From the NCBI GenBank assembly GCA_963555755.3, contig OY820905.2, forward strand, positions 1-64,000: a stretch of DNA of 64,000 nt. The letters run 5' to 3'. Below are positions 9,694 to 20,017 of the stretch, piece by piece. Source of the DNA: Nitrospirales bacterium (lineage in GTDB: Bacteria; Nitrospirota; Nitrospiria; Nitrospirales; UBA8639). Each line of letters starts with the position of its first letter. Within the stretch, counting starts at the first letter, position 1. The position numbers and the translations under genes are program-made. The notes beneath the pieces were generated by a model. That model saw nothing but the letters and a program-made list of their open reading frames with translations, did not search any database and was not told where the DNA came from.

Positions 9694-11267
9694 CCATTAA
9701 CACTGCAAGACCTGCGACAGCGGCTCTACGTCAAGGCGAAGGCTGAGAAGCGATGGCGGGTGTGGGGCCTATACGTCCACGTGTGCAAAGAGGCGACGCT
9801 CCGCGCGGCCTATGCGATGGCGAAGAAGAACAACGGGGCCCCCGGCATTGATGGGGTGACGTTTGTTGCCATCGAGGCCACGGGGGTGGAGCCCTTTCTT
9901 GCACGACTACGGGACGAACTGGTCACGCAGACCTACCGACCGATGCGGAACCGGCCCGTGGAGATTTCGAAAGGCGGTGGGCGAGTCCGCGTCTTAGGGA
10001 TACCCGCGATTCGGGACCGCGTGGTACAGGGAGCGCTCAAGCTCCTGCTGGAACCGATCTTTGAGGCGGATTTTCGTGATGGGTCGTATGGGTATCGACC
10101 GAAACGGACAGCCCACCAGGCGATTGGCCGGGTGGCTCAGGCGATGGTGCAGAACAAGACGCGAGTGATTGATGTGGATCTGGCGGCCTTCTTCGACACG
10201 GTGCGGCATGACCGGCTGCTGGCGAAGGTGGCCCGACGCATCCAGGATCCCGCGATCCTGCGGCTGGTGAAACTCATCGTCAAGGCGTCCGGCCCGCGTG
10301 GGGTGCCTCAAGGGGGCGTGATCTCTCCGCTGCTGGCCAACCTCTATCTCACGGAAGTGGATGAGATGCTGGAGCAGCTGAAGGAGACAACCCGGCAGGG
10401 CCAGTATACGTATCTCGAGTATGCCCGGTTTGCGGATGATCTCGTCGTGTTAGTGGATGGCTATCGCCGCCACGCCCGACTGGCGCAGGTCGCGGAGCGG
10501 AAGCTGCGGGAGGCGTTGGCCCAATTAGACCTTCAGGTGAATGAGGCGAAGAGCCGGATCGTGGACCTGAGTCAGGGAGGGAGCTTCGGGTTCTTGGGCT
10601 TTGACTTCCGGCGTGTGCGGTCGCGGCGTGGGGTGTGGCGCCCGCAGTACATACCGAAGGTGAAGCGGCGCACCGCGTTGCTGCGGAAGCTCAAGGCAGT
10701 GTTCCGACGCGGACAATCCCAGCCGGTGGGACGGATGATCGCGATGATCAATCCGATCGTACGGGGCTGGGTGAACGACTTTCGGATTGGGCATGCGAGT
10801 CGGTGTTTATCCTACGTGAAGGATTGGGTGGAGCGGAAGGTCCGGCGGCACATGATGCGAGTGCGCCACCGTCGAGGTTTTGGCTGGAAGAGGTGGAGTA
10901 AGGTTTGGCTCTACACGGTACTCGGCTTATATGGAGATTACCGAGTGCGGTACAACGGGTCGGCATGAAAGTCCTTCCAGGCTGAGAGGTCACATAACCC
11001 TTGAGGTGAAGCATCCAGGAAAGCCCGGTGCTGGAAATCAGCACGCCGGGTTTGAGGTGGCGGGGACTGGAACCGTGACCAGGGGAGTCGGATTGAGGCC
11101 CACTCTGAAAGGGGTGGAGGAGCCACCGACCCCTACCGTTGGCGCGCCAGTCCTCGACCCTACTGATGAGGGGGCGCTGGGAAGTGCTGACTGCTATGGT
11201 CCGTGGTAGACGCGTGCGTCGAAGCGTTCGAGAGTAGCTCCAGGTGAGCACCAGTGCTCTACTCTAC
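9694..11267 (+). mobile_element. Second, 5'-truncated copy of intron B (to 11163) followed by host DVI (to 11267)
   Basis: Near-identical to 3523..5096; RT ORF 9760..10968 lacks its start. Confidence 0.9.
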
Positions 11268-11563
11268 CCAAATTATAATTACTCAAAAGAAAAGGCCCAC
11301 TCGGCTTTTAGACCAAGTGAGCCTTCCCAAAAGGAGGATGAACCTGAGTTGAAGTCTCTCACGAATCCGGCGTGTTGTCTATTCCTCAAACGAGGGATCA
11401 CCGTATGGTCTACAAACACTTCGTCCTCTGAGTAATCTCTGGTTCTGTAGTCTACCCGCTTTCAACAACTTACCGTGTCACCCTACCTGAACTACCGTCA
11501 GACAATGTAACAATGTGTGCAAGGTGCCTTGTTTCACTATTGACAGGCGTGACGGTCCAACAC

Positions 11564-11845
11564 CTAAAGGGATGATTCCGTAAGCCGCCACCGAACTTCC
11601 TCTTCAGGCTGACCAGCTTCTTCCGCAGGCTCAACTTTGTCGTCTTTGTGAAGTAATCTCAGCATTTCCTGACAGGTATGATCCAACTCCACAGCCCCTA
11701 TGCTATGGAGCCCAGCTCGGCGAGCAATTTCTCGTTGAGGTACACCTTGGCCCCCAACACCAGCGTCAGGATGATTCCGAAGAACTTCTAACACGAGGTC
11801 CTTCAGTTGGCTGATGAGTTCTGTACCACGTTGATGAAGATTCAT
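11564..11845 (-). CDS. Hypothetical protein, possible winged-HTH
   Basis: 93-aa ORF with VPQREIARRAGL helix-turn-helix-like segment. Confidence 0.5.
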   Translation of the reverse strand: MNLHQRGTELISQLKDLVLEVLRNHPDAGVGGQGVPQREIARRAGLHSIGAVELDHTCQEMLRLLHKDDKVEPAEEAGQPEEEVRWRLTESSL

Positions 11846-12050
11846 TGTGTCACCTTTTGGGGTTGGTGGGGACGGGGAGTCAATCTATATTGTCTCAGGC
11901 GGAAAAGAAGCCGCAAATTGAGAAGGAGAACCTCAAGAAAATTGTTTGTCTTTGGGAAGAACTGTACCATATTCTTACCCTGTCTTTGCACTCCTCCGAC
12001 AGGATCTAGCCTGGTTATCCAGGACCGTATCGGGCTAGGGATTGCTCAGG

Positions 12051-13894
12051 CGGATCTTCCCCCCATGTTTTCACCCTAAGCTGTTGGAATCCTTTAGGAA
12101 AAAGGTAGATTGCTCGCTATAATGTAGGCATGTAATTATTGAATTTGCATTGCTATAATGCGAAATATATGCTACATATAAAGCATGTATATCGCCAGCG
12201 TCCCCAACCGCACGTCCCCGCCCGCCATTTTGTTGCGTGAAAGCTACCGGGAGGATGGCAAGGTCAAGACCCGGACCCTGGCCAATCTCACCTCATGGCC
12301 CCCGGTCCGTGTGGACGCGCTCAAGCGCTGCCTCTGCGGGGATTTCGATGGAACGGGAGACGATGAGGCCCCAGTCAGCGATCGGATCTTTGGCGTGCTC
12401 TTCGCCCTCAAAGCGCTGGCCCAGCGAGTCGGGATTGTCTCGGCCTTGGGGCAGAAGGCTGTCGCAACGCTCGCGCTATTTCTCGTGCTGGCACGGGTCG
12501 CCCACCAGGGCTCGCGGCTGTCGGCGGTGCGGTGGGCGGCCGACCATGCGGTGGCTGAAGTCCTGGGCCTGCCCGCCTTTGACGAGGATGACCTGTACGA
12601 GGCCTTAGACTGGTTGGCACCCAACAAGCAGCCATCGAGAAGAAACTGTATCGGGCCTCTGTCCAGCGGACCGGCCAGCCCCCGGTCTTGGTGCTCTATG
12701 ACGTGACCTCCTCCTATTTTGAGGGGGACAAGAATGAACTGGCCGCCTATGGGGATAACCGGGACGGCAAGAAACACAAGAAGCAGATTGTCATTGGCTT
12801 GCTGACAGGGCCGGATGGTGAGCCGCTGGCCGTCACGGTGTTCAAGGGGAATACGGCGGATCCCCGCACGGTCGCCGAGCAGATTGAACGGATCAAGACC
12901 CAGTTCAAGATCACCGACGTCGTGTGTGGGGGGGATCGGGGGATGGTGAAAGCCGCAGGCAAGGCGGCCCTCACCGAGCAGGGACTCAAGTACCTCACCG
13001 CCCTCACTGACCCGCAGATTCGCACCTTGCTGAAGAAAGATGTGCTCCAACTCAATTTGTTTGATGAGACGATACAGGAAGTGGAGGAAGGCGCTCGTCG
13101 GCTGATTCTGCGGCGGAACGAGGCGTTGCGCCACACGGTGGCCACGCGACGGCAGGACAAGGTGGCCACGCTGCAGCAGAAAGTCGCGGCGCGCAATGCG
13201 TTTGTCCAGACGGCCACGCGGGCCACCCCGGCGGCGGGACAGCGGCAGCTGACCCAGTGGGCCAAGAAGCACAAGCTCTCCACCTTCATCACGCTCGCCC
13301 TTCAGGATACTCAGCTCATAATCGAGATCGATGAGGCCAAGCAGGCCGATGCGGCCCTGTTGGATGGCTGCTCGGTGCTGGAGACGGATGTCGCCCGGGA
13401 GACGATGGAGCCCTCGACGGTGGATGCCCGGTACCGGGATCTGCAACGGGTGGAACGCGACTTCCGGACAATGAAGACGGGCTTGCTCGAACTGCGCCCC
13501 ATCTTTGTGCGGAAGGAGTGCCGCACCCGTGGTCATGTCTTCGCCTCGATGCTCGCCCTGAAAGTGGCACGGGAAGGCGAGCGAGGCCTGAAGGAGGCGT
13601 TTGGGACGACGGAGCAGAGTGCCCAGGCACTCACGCTCGATGATGCTCTGGCGGCCCTGTCACGGTTGTGTTTCCAACGCCAGGAGATCGGCGGGCAAGA
13701 GGTGCTGCAACTGGCTCGACCCGATGCCCGACAGGCGGCCATCTTTACCGCATTGGGGATCACCCCTCCCACCACCACACGGCCAGCCAAGGGGCACATG
13801 TAGGCAGAAGCGCGGCCACGCCAAGACCGTGACTTCTTCAATGACATCAAGAGGTTAGAGCCAAAAACTCGCCTAAAACTCGGGGGAAGATCCG
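12051..13894 (+). mobile_element. IS1634-family element with 5-bp TSD TCAGG
   Basis: TIRs CGGATCTTCCCCC / GGGGGAAGATCCG; TCAGG at 12046-12050 and 13895-13899. Confidence 0.9.
12185..13803 (+). pseudogene. IS1634 transposase, frameshifted near 12620
   Basis: LLRESYREDGKVKTRTLANLT (12185..12706) continues in another frame as LYDVTSSYFEG..NRDGK..DRGM..VERDFRTMK. Confidence 0.85.
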
Positions 13895-14083
13895 TCAGGG
13901 GAGAAACTTCCTGCCTCTGGGCAACCAGGCTGGATTTGTGAATTAGGCAATAATGCCAATTCGAAACCCACAGGCCCTGTTGCGTTCCCATCGCACGAGG
14001 TTGACAATACCTTAGCCACCATCATGGGCCAGTTATGCAACAACGCCCCCCTTCCCTGGATTTCATCTTTCTTAGGAGCGAGG

Positions 14084-15094
14084 ATGCCCCCCACTTCAGT
14101 GCCAGTTATTAATATAGATCCGTTAATCAACGAGAAGGGGAATCGGCAAGAAATCGTCGACCACATCAGTGCCGCTTGTCGGGACTGGGGGTTTTTCCAA
14201 ATCATCGGACATGATATTTCTCCAGAATTGATATCCCGCCTCTGACGTGAACCCCAGCGGTTCTTTGCGCTTCCTGCTGAGGTAAAACAGACGGTTGCCC
14301 GTACGAAGGACAATGCCCGGGGTTGGTTCAACCGGGAACTCACCAAGAATACTCGTGACATGAAGGAGGTGTTCGATTTCGGGTACATCCAGAATCCGAA
14401 CCTTCCAGACGATGATCCCGCGAATTGGACACGGGATGGTTTCAACCAGTGGCCGGATGCGAGACTTTGTCCGGATTTCCGGCCAACCATGTGGGAGTAC
14501 TTTCGGGCTTGTGAGCGCGTTGCTTTCTCATTGCTCGATGTGGTGGGGGAAGCGTTAGGTGTGTCCCCTGGAACGCTCACACATGATTTCAGGGGGAAGC
14601 ATACAAGTTTTCTCCGACTGAACTATTATCCCACGCATGATCCATTGATTGGCGATCTTGATGTTTCAGCGACTGGACATTGGGGTGTGCATCAACACAC
14701 CGATGCTGGTGCCTTGACCTTACTTAGCCAGGATGAAGTCGGTGGTCTGGAGGTCTGCGTCAACAGCAAATGGTTCCCGGTAGAGCCGGTGGAAGGGGCA
14801 ATGGTTATCAATATTGGAGATATCGTCCAGGTCTGGAGTAACGATCTTTACCAGGCACCAGTTCATCGAGTTCAAGCCAGCGGGAATCGTGACCGCTACA
14901 GTTTGCCCTTCTTCTTTAACCCTTCATATGATGCTGTGTATGCTCCGCTGAAGGTTCTGACAAATAAAAAATCCTATCCCAGATATCGGCCCATTCACTG
15001 GGGTGAGTTCCGTTGGCAGAGGCAGCAGGGAGATTTTGCCAATTATGGTCAGGAAAACCAGATTGCCGATTACCGGATACACGAGGTAGGTTGA
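14084..15094 (+). pseudogene. 2OG-Fe(II) dioxygenase (IPNS-like) with one in-frame TGA at 14243-14245
   Basis: VPVINI..AACRDWGFFQI, LRLNYYP, HTDAGALTLL, NIGD..QVWSND, HRV, RYSLPFF; both ORF pieces in the same frame. Confidence 0.85.
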
Positions 15095-15663
15095 GGTCGT
15101 ATGGTCAAAAACCTCACACGGGGAAAGCTTGAACAAAACCTGCTCATATGGACTCTGGCTGGGACGATTAGGAATTCGCCATGCACAGGCATACGAAGAA
15201 TTGTGTGACGTTTAAGGTGAAAACTAACCTGGACAATATTGAGAAGCGGCGTTGTTGTATAATTCCTAAAAACACACCGGATATCAGCACCTTACGCATT
15301 TCAGAGAAAATAGAAAAATACAATAAATTCAATGAGTTACCTGCAATTATGCAACAACGCCCTAAACCGGAGGTTGTTTGAGAATGTATCCTTAAACAGT
15401 AGCAGGGTAGGTAGCCTTAGAAAGACAAAAGTTGGGAATCGCGTCCTGTTGGGCGCACCCCATTCAAAAACCGAGTTGATAGTTTAGCCTTTGGGACTAG
15501 AAAGAGTGTTTCATGTCAGTGTGATAGATTTGTGCTAAAGCGTACCCCATTAGATAGACTCAATAGAATTAATGGAGTCTATGGAATAAGGAAAAAGCTC
15601 TTTGAAACCAGTTAAATGCGGGAAACCAGACCGGTTTCAATACGTTAGTAATTCTTGTCAAAT

Positions 15664-15711
15664 CGGATTCCTAAACCGCAGGTCGGACGTGCAAATCGTC
15701 TCGGGGTACCA
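15664..15711 (+). pseudogene. Degenerate 3' half of a tRNA-Arg(CCT), att-site remnant
   Basis: CGGATTCCTAAACCG anticodon arm, GGACG-TGCAAAT-CGTCT T arm, ends ACCA. Confidence 0.6.
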
Positions 15712-15906
15712 TTATTTTTCGTTCGTTTGGCAGTGTGCAAAAGGAACAGGTATCAGGTGCGTCCCCTTTTCCCTTTGGTTGGCTTCGCCTTGCGAGGAAA
15801 CGGGAAGATATGATTCGAGTGTGACCTCAAATTCACATAACAGAAAAGCCCCACCGCCGAAACGATGAGGCTCGCTGTGTGTGTGACCCGTGTATCAATA
15901 ACGTAT

Positions 15907-16488
15907 TTACGCTCCTTTCTTCTTCATCCGGTAGCCAATGAGTCCGACTAAGCCAGTGCCTAAGAGAACTATCGTGCTGGGCTCAGGATTGGCAACGGAG
16001 TTATTCAGGGTGCTATTCCCTGGGGCGGAAAAGTTGGAGATGGTCGTGGTCGCTGATCCAAAAATGGAATCTACGGAATAGGCACGGAATCCAAAGACAT
16101 TCCCGGCCAGTACGACAAAGGATGCTGTTCCCCTTTGGGTATCCAGTCCGTGGTCATCTGTGAGCTGGGTAAAGATGCCATTGAGCAAATAGCCGAAGGG
16201 GTCCCAAGAGGCATCCCAGTCACTGGTGGAAAAAGCCCAATTGAAGTTGACGAAGCCATCGGTCACCGCTGCGATGGTGAAATCTTGGCTGCTATTTGTC
16301 ACAACTCGCCCATCACCGCTGATCAGGGTAATCGACGTGGGGGCTCCACTAAGATGAATGGACCCTCCATACTCGGTCGATGATGTCCAGTTGCTCACAT
16401 CATAGGGACCGATAAAGTCTGCGAACGCGGGCATGGCACAGAAGGTGAAAATGCTAAGGGTTAATGCTGAAATGGTTAAGGTTTTCAT
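15907..16488 (-). CDS. PEP-CTERM sorting-domain surface protein
   Basis: Signal peptide; C-terminal NPEPSTIVLLGTGLVGLIGYRMKKK. Confidence 0.9.
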   Translation of the reverse strand: MKTLTISALTLSIFTFCAMPAFADFIGPYDVSNWTSSTEYGGSIHLSGAPTSITLISGDGRVVTNSSQDFTIAAVTDGFVNFNWAFSTSDWDASWDPFGYLLNGIFTQLTDDHGLDTQRGTASFVVLAGNVFGFRAYSVDSIFGSATTTISNFSAPGNSTLNNSVANPEPSTIVLLGTGLVGLIGYRMKKKGA

Positions 16489-17151
16489 GGGCAACCTCCT
16501 GAGTGTGAGTAATATTGTTGTTGGAGAGAACCGCGGGGTAATAGTTCTGAGTTACCTTCCGGTTCGTCCGTCATATTGCTTATGTACTTTGCATAAGGTA
16601 TGCCAAATGTTGACAGCAAAAGGCTTTGGTGAGTTGGGTCTCATTGGCAGGCCGTTATAGCGAAATATTGTGTGATGGTGTTGAACACTATTGAAGGGCT
16701 GGGATAACTAGGTGAGGCTGAGCGTTGAAAACTGTAAAATCTACCGACAGTGAGATACGTACATTGACGTAGAACGTGTAGTTTGGCCAACAAAATCAGG
16801 GAGTTCTGTAAAAAAAATGAGGTGTCAAAATTTTTAACAGGGGTCGGAAAGGAATCAGCAGAAACGAGAAACAGGAGTGAGCACCAAACAGAGTGTGTGA
16901 AGGGAGTACAGCAACCACCATGGTAAATTTTTTTACACGTGGTAATTTTTTACACCCCTCATGCATTCCATCCATCCCAAGTAGGGGAACGTCACTATTC
17001 ATACGGGCCAGGGGTCTTTTTGCGCACATTGTGAGGTGGTTCAGCCTAGAAACGGCAGTTGGGTGCAAAACAGCCGTGTAAGATATTGGCGTGCATAGTG
17101 AAAGATAAAAATGGGGTCACAGATGAAAATGGCTATAATGGTGGAGGCTTA

Positions 17152-17847
17152 GGACTTGCGAGAAAATAACTTGAACAATCTCGCATCCAATCTTCGGGCC
17201 ATCTTGGAACCTAGAAACAGCAGTTGGATCACAAAAGTCCGCGCAAGCTCTTAGGACCTGCGAGAAAATAACTTGATCAATCTCGCATCCAATCTTCGGG
17301 CCATCTTTGAACGGGCCTCAATCGAAAAACTCTCACCATAGCTGTGCTATGCCTCGAGTGTTTCTCAATCGTTTCGTCCAAATCCGACCCAAATCTTGGC
17401 GCGATATTGATCAAGTTATTTTCTCGCAGGTCCTTAGGGTCCGTCACGAAATAACCGGGACAATTGGCCGAGACGATTTTGGAGCGAGCCAAGGAGCGAA
17501 GAGCGCGCATACCGGGAGTATGGAAGCGATGAGCGACGCCGGCGGAGCCCAAAAGCGTCCGGCCCTCCCAATTGTCCCGGTTATTTCGTGACGGACCCTA
17601 AGCGCACCTGGCAAAATACAAAAATGTCTTATCACCACCGAGGTGACTACGACTTTTTGTATTTCACCATGCACCCCAATGTCTTACACGGCTTTTTTGC
17701 GCCCAACTGCTGTTTCTAGGTTGAACGGGCCTCAATCGAAAAACCCTCACCATAGCTGTGCTATGCCTCGAGTTTTTCTCAATCGTTCCGTCCAAATCCG
17801 ACTCAAATCTTGGCGTGATATTGATCAAGTTATTTTCTCGCAGGTCC
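17152..17847. mobile_element. Nested MITE cluster: MITE1a[MITE3 17209..17721[MITE1b 17254..17433 + MITE2 17437..17598]]
   Basis: TIRs GGACCTGCGAGAAAATAAC, ACCTAGAAACAGCAGTTGG, GGGTCCGTCACGAAATAAC; TTA/TAA/TGA 3-bp duplications. Confidence 0.85.
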
Positions 17848-18531
17848 TTAGTGTGCAGAATTATTGGGAAATAGGTGTTGTCCTGTTAATCCGTAATAGG
17901 CTTTTTCTAGCGTGCCCACATGCGACACATGCATGAGGAAGGGGATTCGCCATTCTCCATCGAGGGGGTGATATTCGTCAGGAATGAGGACTCGGTCCAA
18001 GCGTTCTGAGTGGGCGGCATAAACTTTAAATGGTATGCCTGCCACTGCTCCAATGTGACCATCATCGGTAATGGTTCCGGTCAGAGTTCGCCCATATTTG
18101 ACGGCATCGCCTTTGGCGAGAGCGATAACACTGAGGGCCACCATCGCGGATAGGCTATCGCCATACATGGTTAACCCTGAATAAGGAAAGCTGAGGACCA
18201 CGGTCCAGGAATCTGTTTGAAGATTGGCGGCCTGTGCGGCACGACCAATGGCCGTCGCCACGCCCTTTCGCGCTAAAGGTCCGAAACGCCCTAGCACTTT
18301 TCGAAATTGGACTTTGAGCCCATCATGGTCCGATCGTTTCTGAAAGTGAATCATCACATACATGACAATGCCCACAGGGTGATGGGCTTCATTAAAGGTC
18401 ACTCCTAGGATGGGAACGGATTGGTGGCGAACCTGGGCTGGAGAGGCTATTTCTGACGCCAGGGAATGTGACTCCAAAGATAAAGCAAAAAAGATTCCCA
18501 TTGTGAAAATTATAGAACGTTGGATGCTCAT
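17848..18531 (-). CDS. Secreted Lon-like (S16) protease-domain protein
   Basis: Signal peptide; GDSLSAMVA, TLTGTITDDGHIGAVAGIPFKV..A, RVLIP. Confidence 0.75.
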   Translation of the reverse strand: MSIQRSIIFTMGIFFALSLESHSLASEIASPAQVRHQSVPILGVTFNEAHHPVGIVMYVMIHFQKRSDHDGLKVQFRKVLGRFGPLARKGVATAIGRAAQAANLQTDSWTVVLSFPYSGLTMYGDSLSAMVALSVIALAKGDAVKYGRTLTGTITDDGHIGAVAGIPFKVYAAHSERLDRVLIPDEYHPLDGEWRIPFLMHVSHVGTLEKAYYGLTGQHLFPNNSAH

Positions 18532-18725
18532 AGAGATGGCCGCCGGGTTGTTGTGACTTTGCTTTTCTCTCTCATGCAGTATACGTGATTTGACGCTGAG
18601 ATTTCCTATTTCATCTTGGGATATGTTTTCTGATGGGCCCTCCGTCCCTCTTCTCGCTTTCGGAACTTCAGTAGAAGATCTCTGCTTGAGCAAATTCAAT
18701 GCTGTAATCTGTCTTGGTACAGTCT

Positions 18726-18852
18726 TAGCGGGAGGTTCAAAAAGGTTAGTCCAGCAAGGCCGCAGGCCCTTTGGCGCGCGGAGCGTACGATAGTACGTGA
18801 GCACGACAAAGGGCCGAGAACGCCGCTGGCGGCCTTTTTCAACATCCTGCTA
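18726..18852. repeat. REP/MITE family ending in ATGTTGAAAAA (other copies 19439..19655, 63651..63798)
   Basis: Terminal inverted repeats and shared GCCGCCAGC..CTCACGTAC..GTACGCTCCG core. Confidence 0.75.
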
Positions 18853-19299
18853 GGTGTCCAGGAAGCGATCGGCCAAGTCTGGCGTTGGCTTCCAACAGTG
18901 TTCTTTTTTCCCTAAGACCTGATACCGATGTTTGGCGACCCATTTGTAGACCATATCTCTGATGGGTCGGGGAATCACTAATAAGACTGATAGGATAGGC
19001 CACAACCCACCCAATCTTTTTGCGGTCAATAGAGCGGCTGTCGATTGGTGATAGACCTGGTTGCCCACAATCAGAACCATGGACGCCAATCGGTCCTGGT
19101 TGTGGGTCCCTAAATATTTGTTCGCTACGGATGATTGCAGTGAGGCAAAGCGAAATTGCTTGCGGGCGTCTCGTTGAATTACAAATTGTACACTGTTCGT
19201 GCACAGATTGCAGACGCCATCATACAAAATGATGGGCTGGTCCGATTCAACGGGTGATGTCATGTATTCGTCTTTCATTTTTCCTCGTTGGTGATCCAA
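18850..19299 (-). CDS. DCC1-like thiol-disulfide oxidoreductase (DUF393)
   Basis: ILYDGVCNLC, FRFASLQS, RDMVYKWVAKHRY. Confidence 0.9.
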   Translation of the reverse strand: MDHQRGKMKDEYMTSPVESDQPIILYDGVCNLCTNSVQFVIQRDARKQFRFASLQSSVANKYLGTHNQDRLASMVLIVGNQVYHQSTAALLTAKRLGGLWPILSVLLVIPRPIRDMVYKWVAKHRYQVLGKKEHCWKPTPDLADRFLDT

Positions 19300-19368
19300 C
19301 TGCTATTTCTAGGTTCAATGGAGAGACGTATTCTCTACTGTAGCCCAGTGGGATTGACTTGTCAGCCT

Positions 19369-19751
19369 AGGAGCCTGTCCAAGATTAGACGGATCTACTG
19401 CGAATGCGCTGGATGTGGCCAGATCTTCCGATCCTTTTCGGGGAATGTTGAAAAAGGCCGCCAGCCTTCGCCAAGGCTACGGCAGACAAGCCAGCTGCGT
19501 TCTCGGGCTTTTGGCGTGCTCACGTACTCCGTGTACGCTCCGCGCCCCAAGCCTACTCCGCCGAAGTAGCCTTTGGCTACGAAGGCCGGGAAGCCCTGCG
19601 GCCTTGCTGGACGACCCCCCGCCTCCGCGAGGGCATGCTTTTTGAACATTCCCCGTTATCGTTGAATAGTCCAACTATTCGCCTCAAACGATCAAAATAT
19701 CTGACTCAAACCAGCTCATCCTCGTGGCATCGCTAATCTCGGAAAGGCTCC
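19369..19751. mobile_element. MITE (GGAGCCTGTCC..GGAAAGGCTCC) containing a nested REP/MITE; partial copy at ~27476..27562
   Basis: Imperfect TIRs; second half matches 27476-27562 in reverse. Confidence 0.65.
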
Positions 19752-19858
19752 CAGGCAGTCGGAACTTCACCAGACATTGTCTAAAAGATCAAACATCAAA
19801 CCGTACATCCTGGTCGTGAGTAGAGGCTATTGGTCAGTCGACGGAAGGAAGTAAAAGA

Positions 19859-20017
19859 GAGGGTGTACGATTAACTGTGTAACTGGTTATCATGACCGTT
19901 CCATTGAATAAGGAGGAATGATGACCAGAGGTAAGACCCCAAGCCAAACGGACGTGCTGCTCGATGAATTGGTGGAGGGCTGTGAGTCGTCCGACGATCT
20001 GTTCGGGAAACATGGGC
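19859..20017 (+). pseudogene. IS256 left end and transposase N-terminal fragment
   Basis: Homologous to 8364..8520 (MTRGKTPSQTDVLLDEL). Confidence 0.8.

Noticed and set aside
3511..10968. RT genes as retron, DGR or defence RTs
   Set aside because: All have maturase-type sequence and flanking group II intron domains; no TR/VR pair or msr-msd seen
12244..13536. 430-aa antisense ORF and similar shadow ORFs over IS, RT and serS genes
   Set aside because: Antisense to well-supported GC-rich genes; no motifs
14243..14245. Selenocysteine codon
   Set aside because: Not at a Cys-equivalent catalytic position and no evident SECIS hairpin
17139..17148. TGGTGGAGGC as a tmRNA or tRNA att remnant
   Set aside because: Only ~10 bp; chance match
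18532..18804. N-terminal extension of the 318-aa ORF
   Set aside because: Runs into a repeat element; the signal peptide points to a start at 18531
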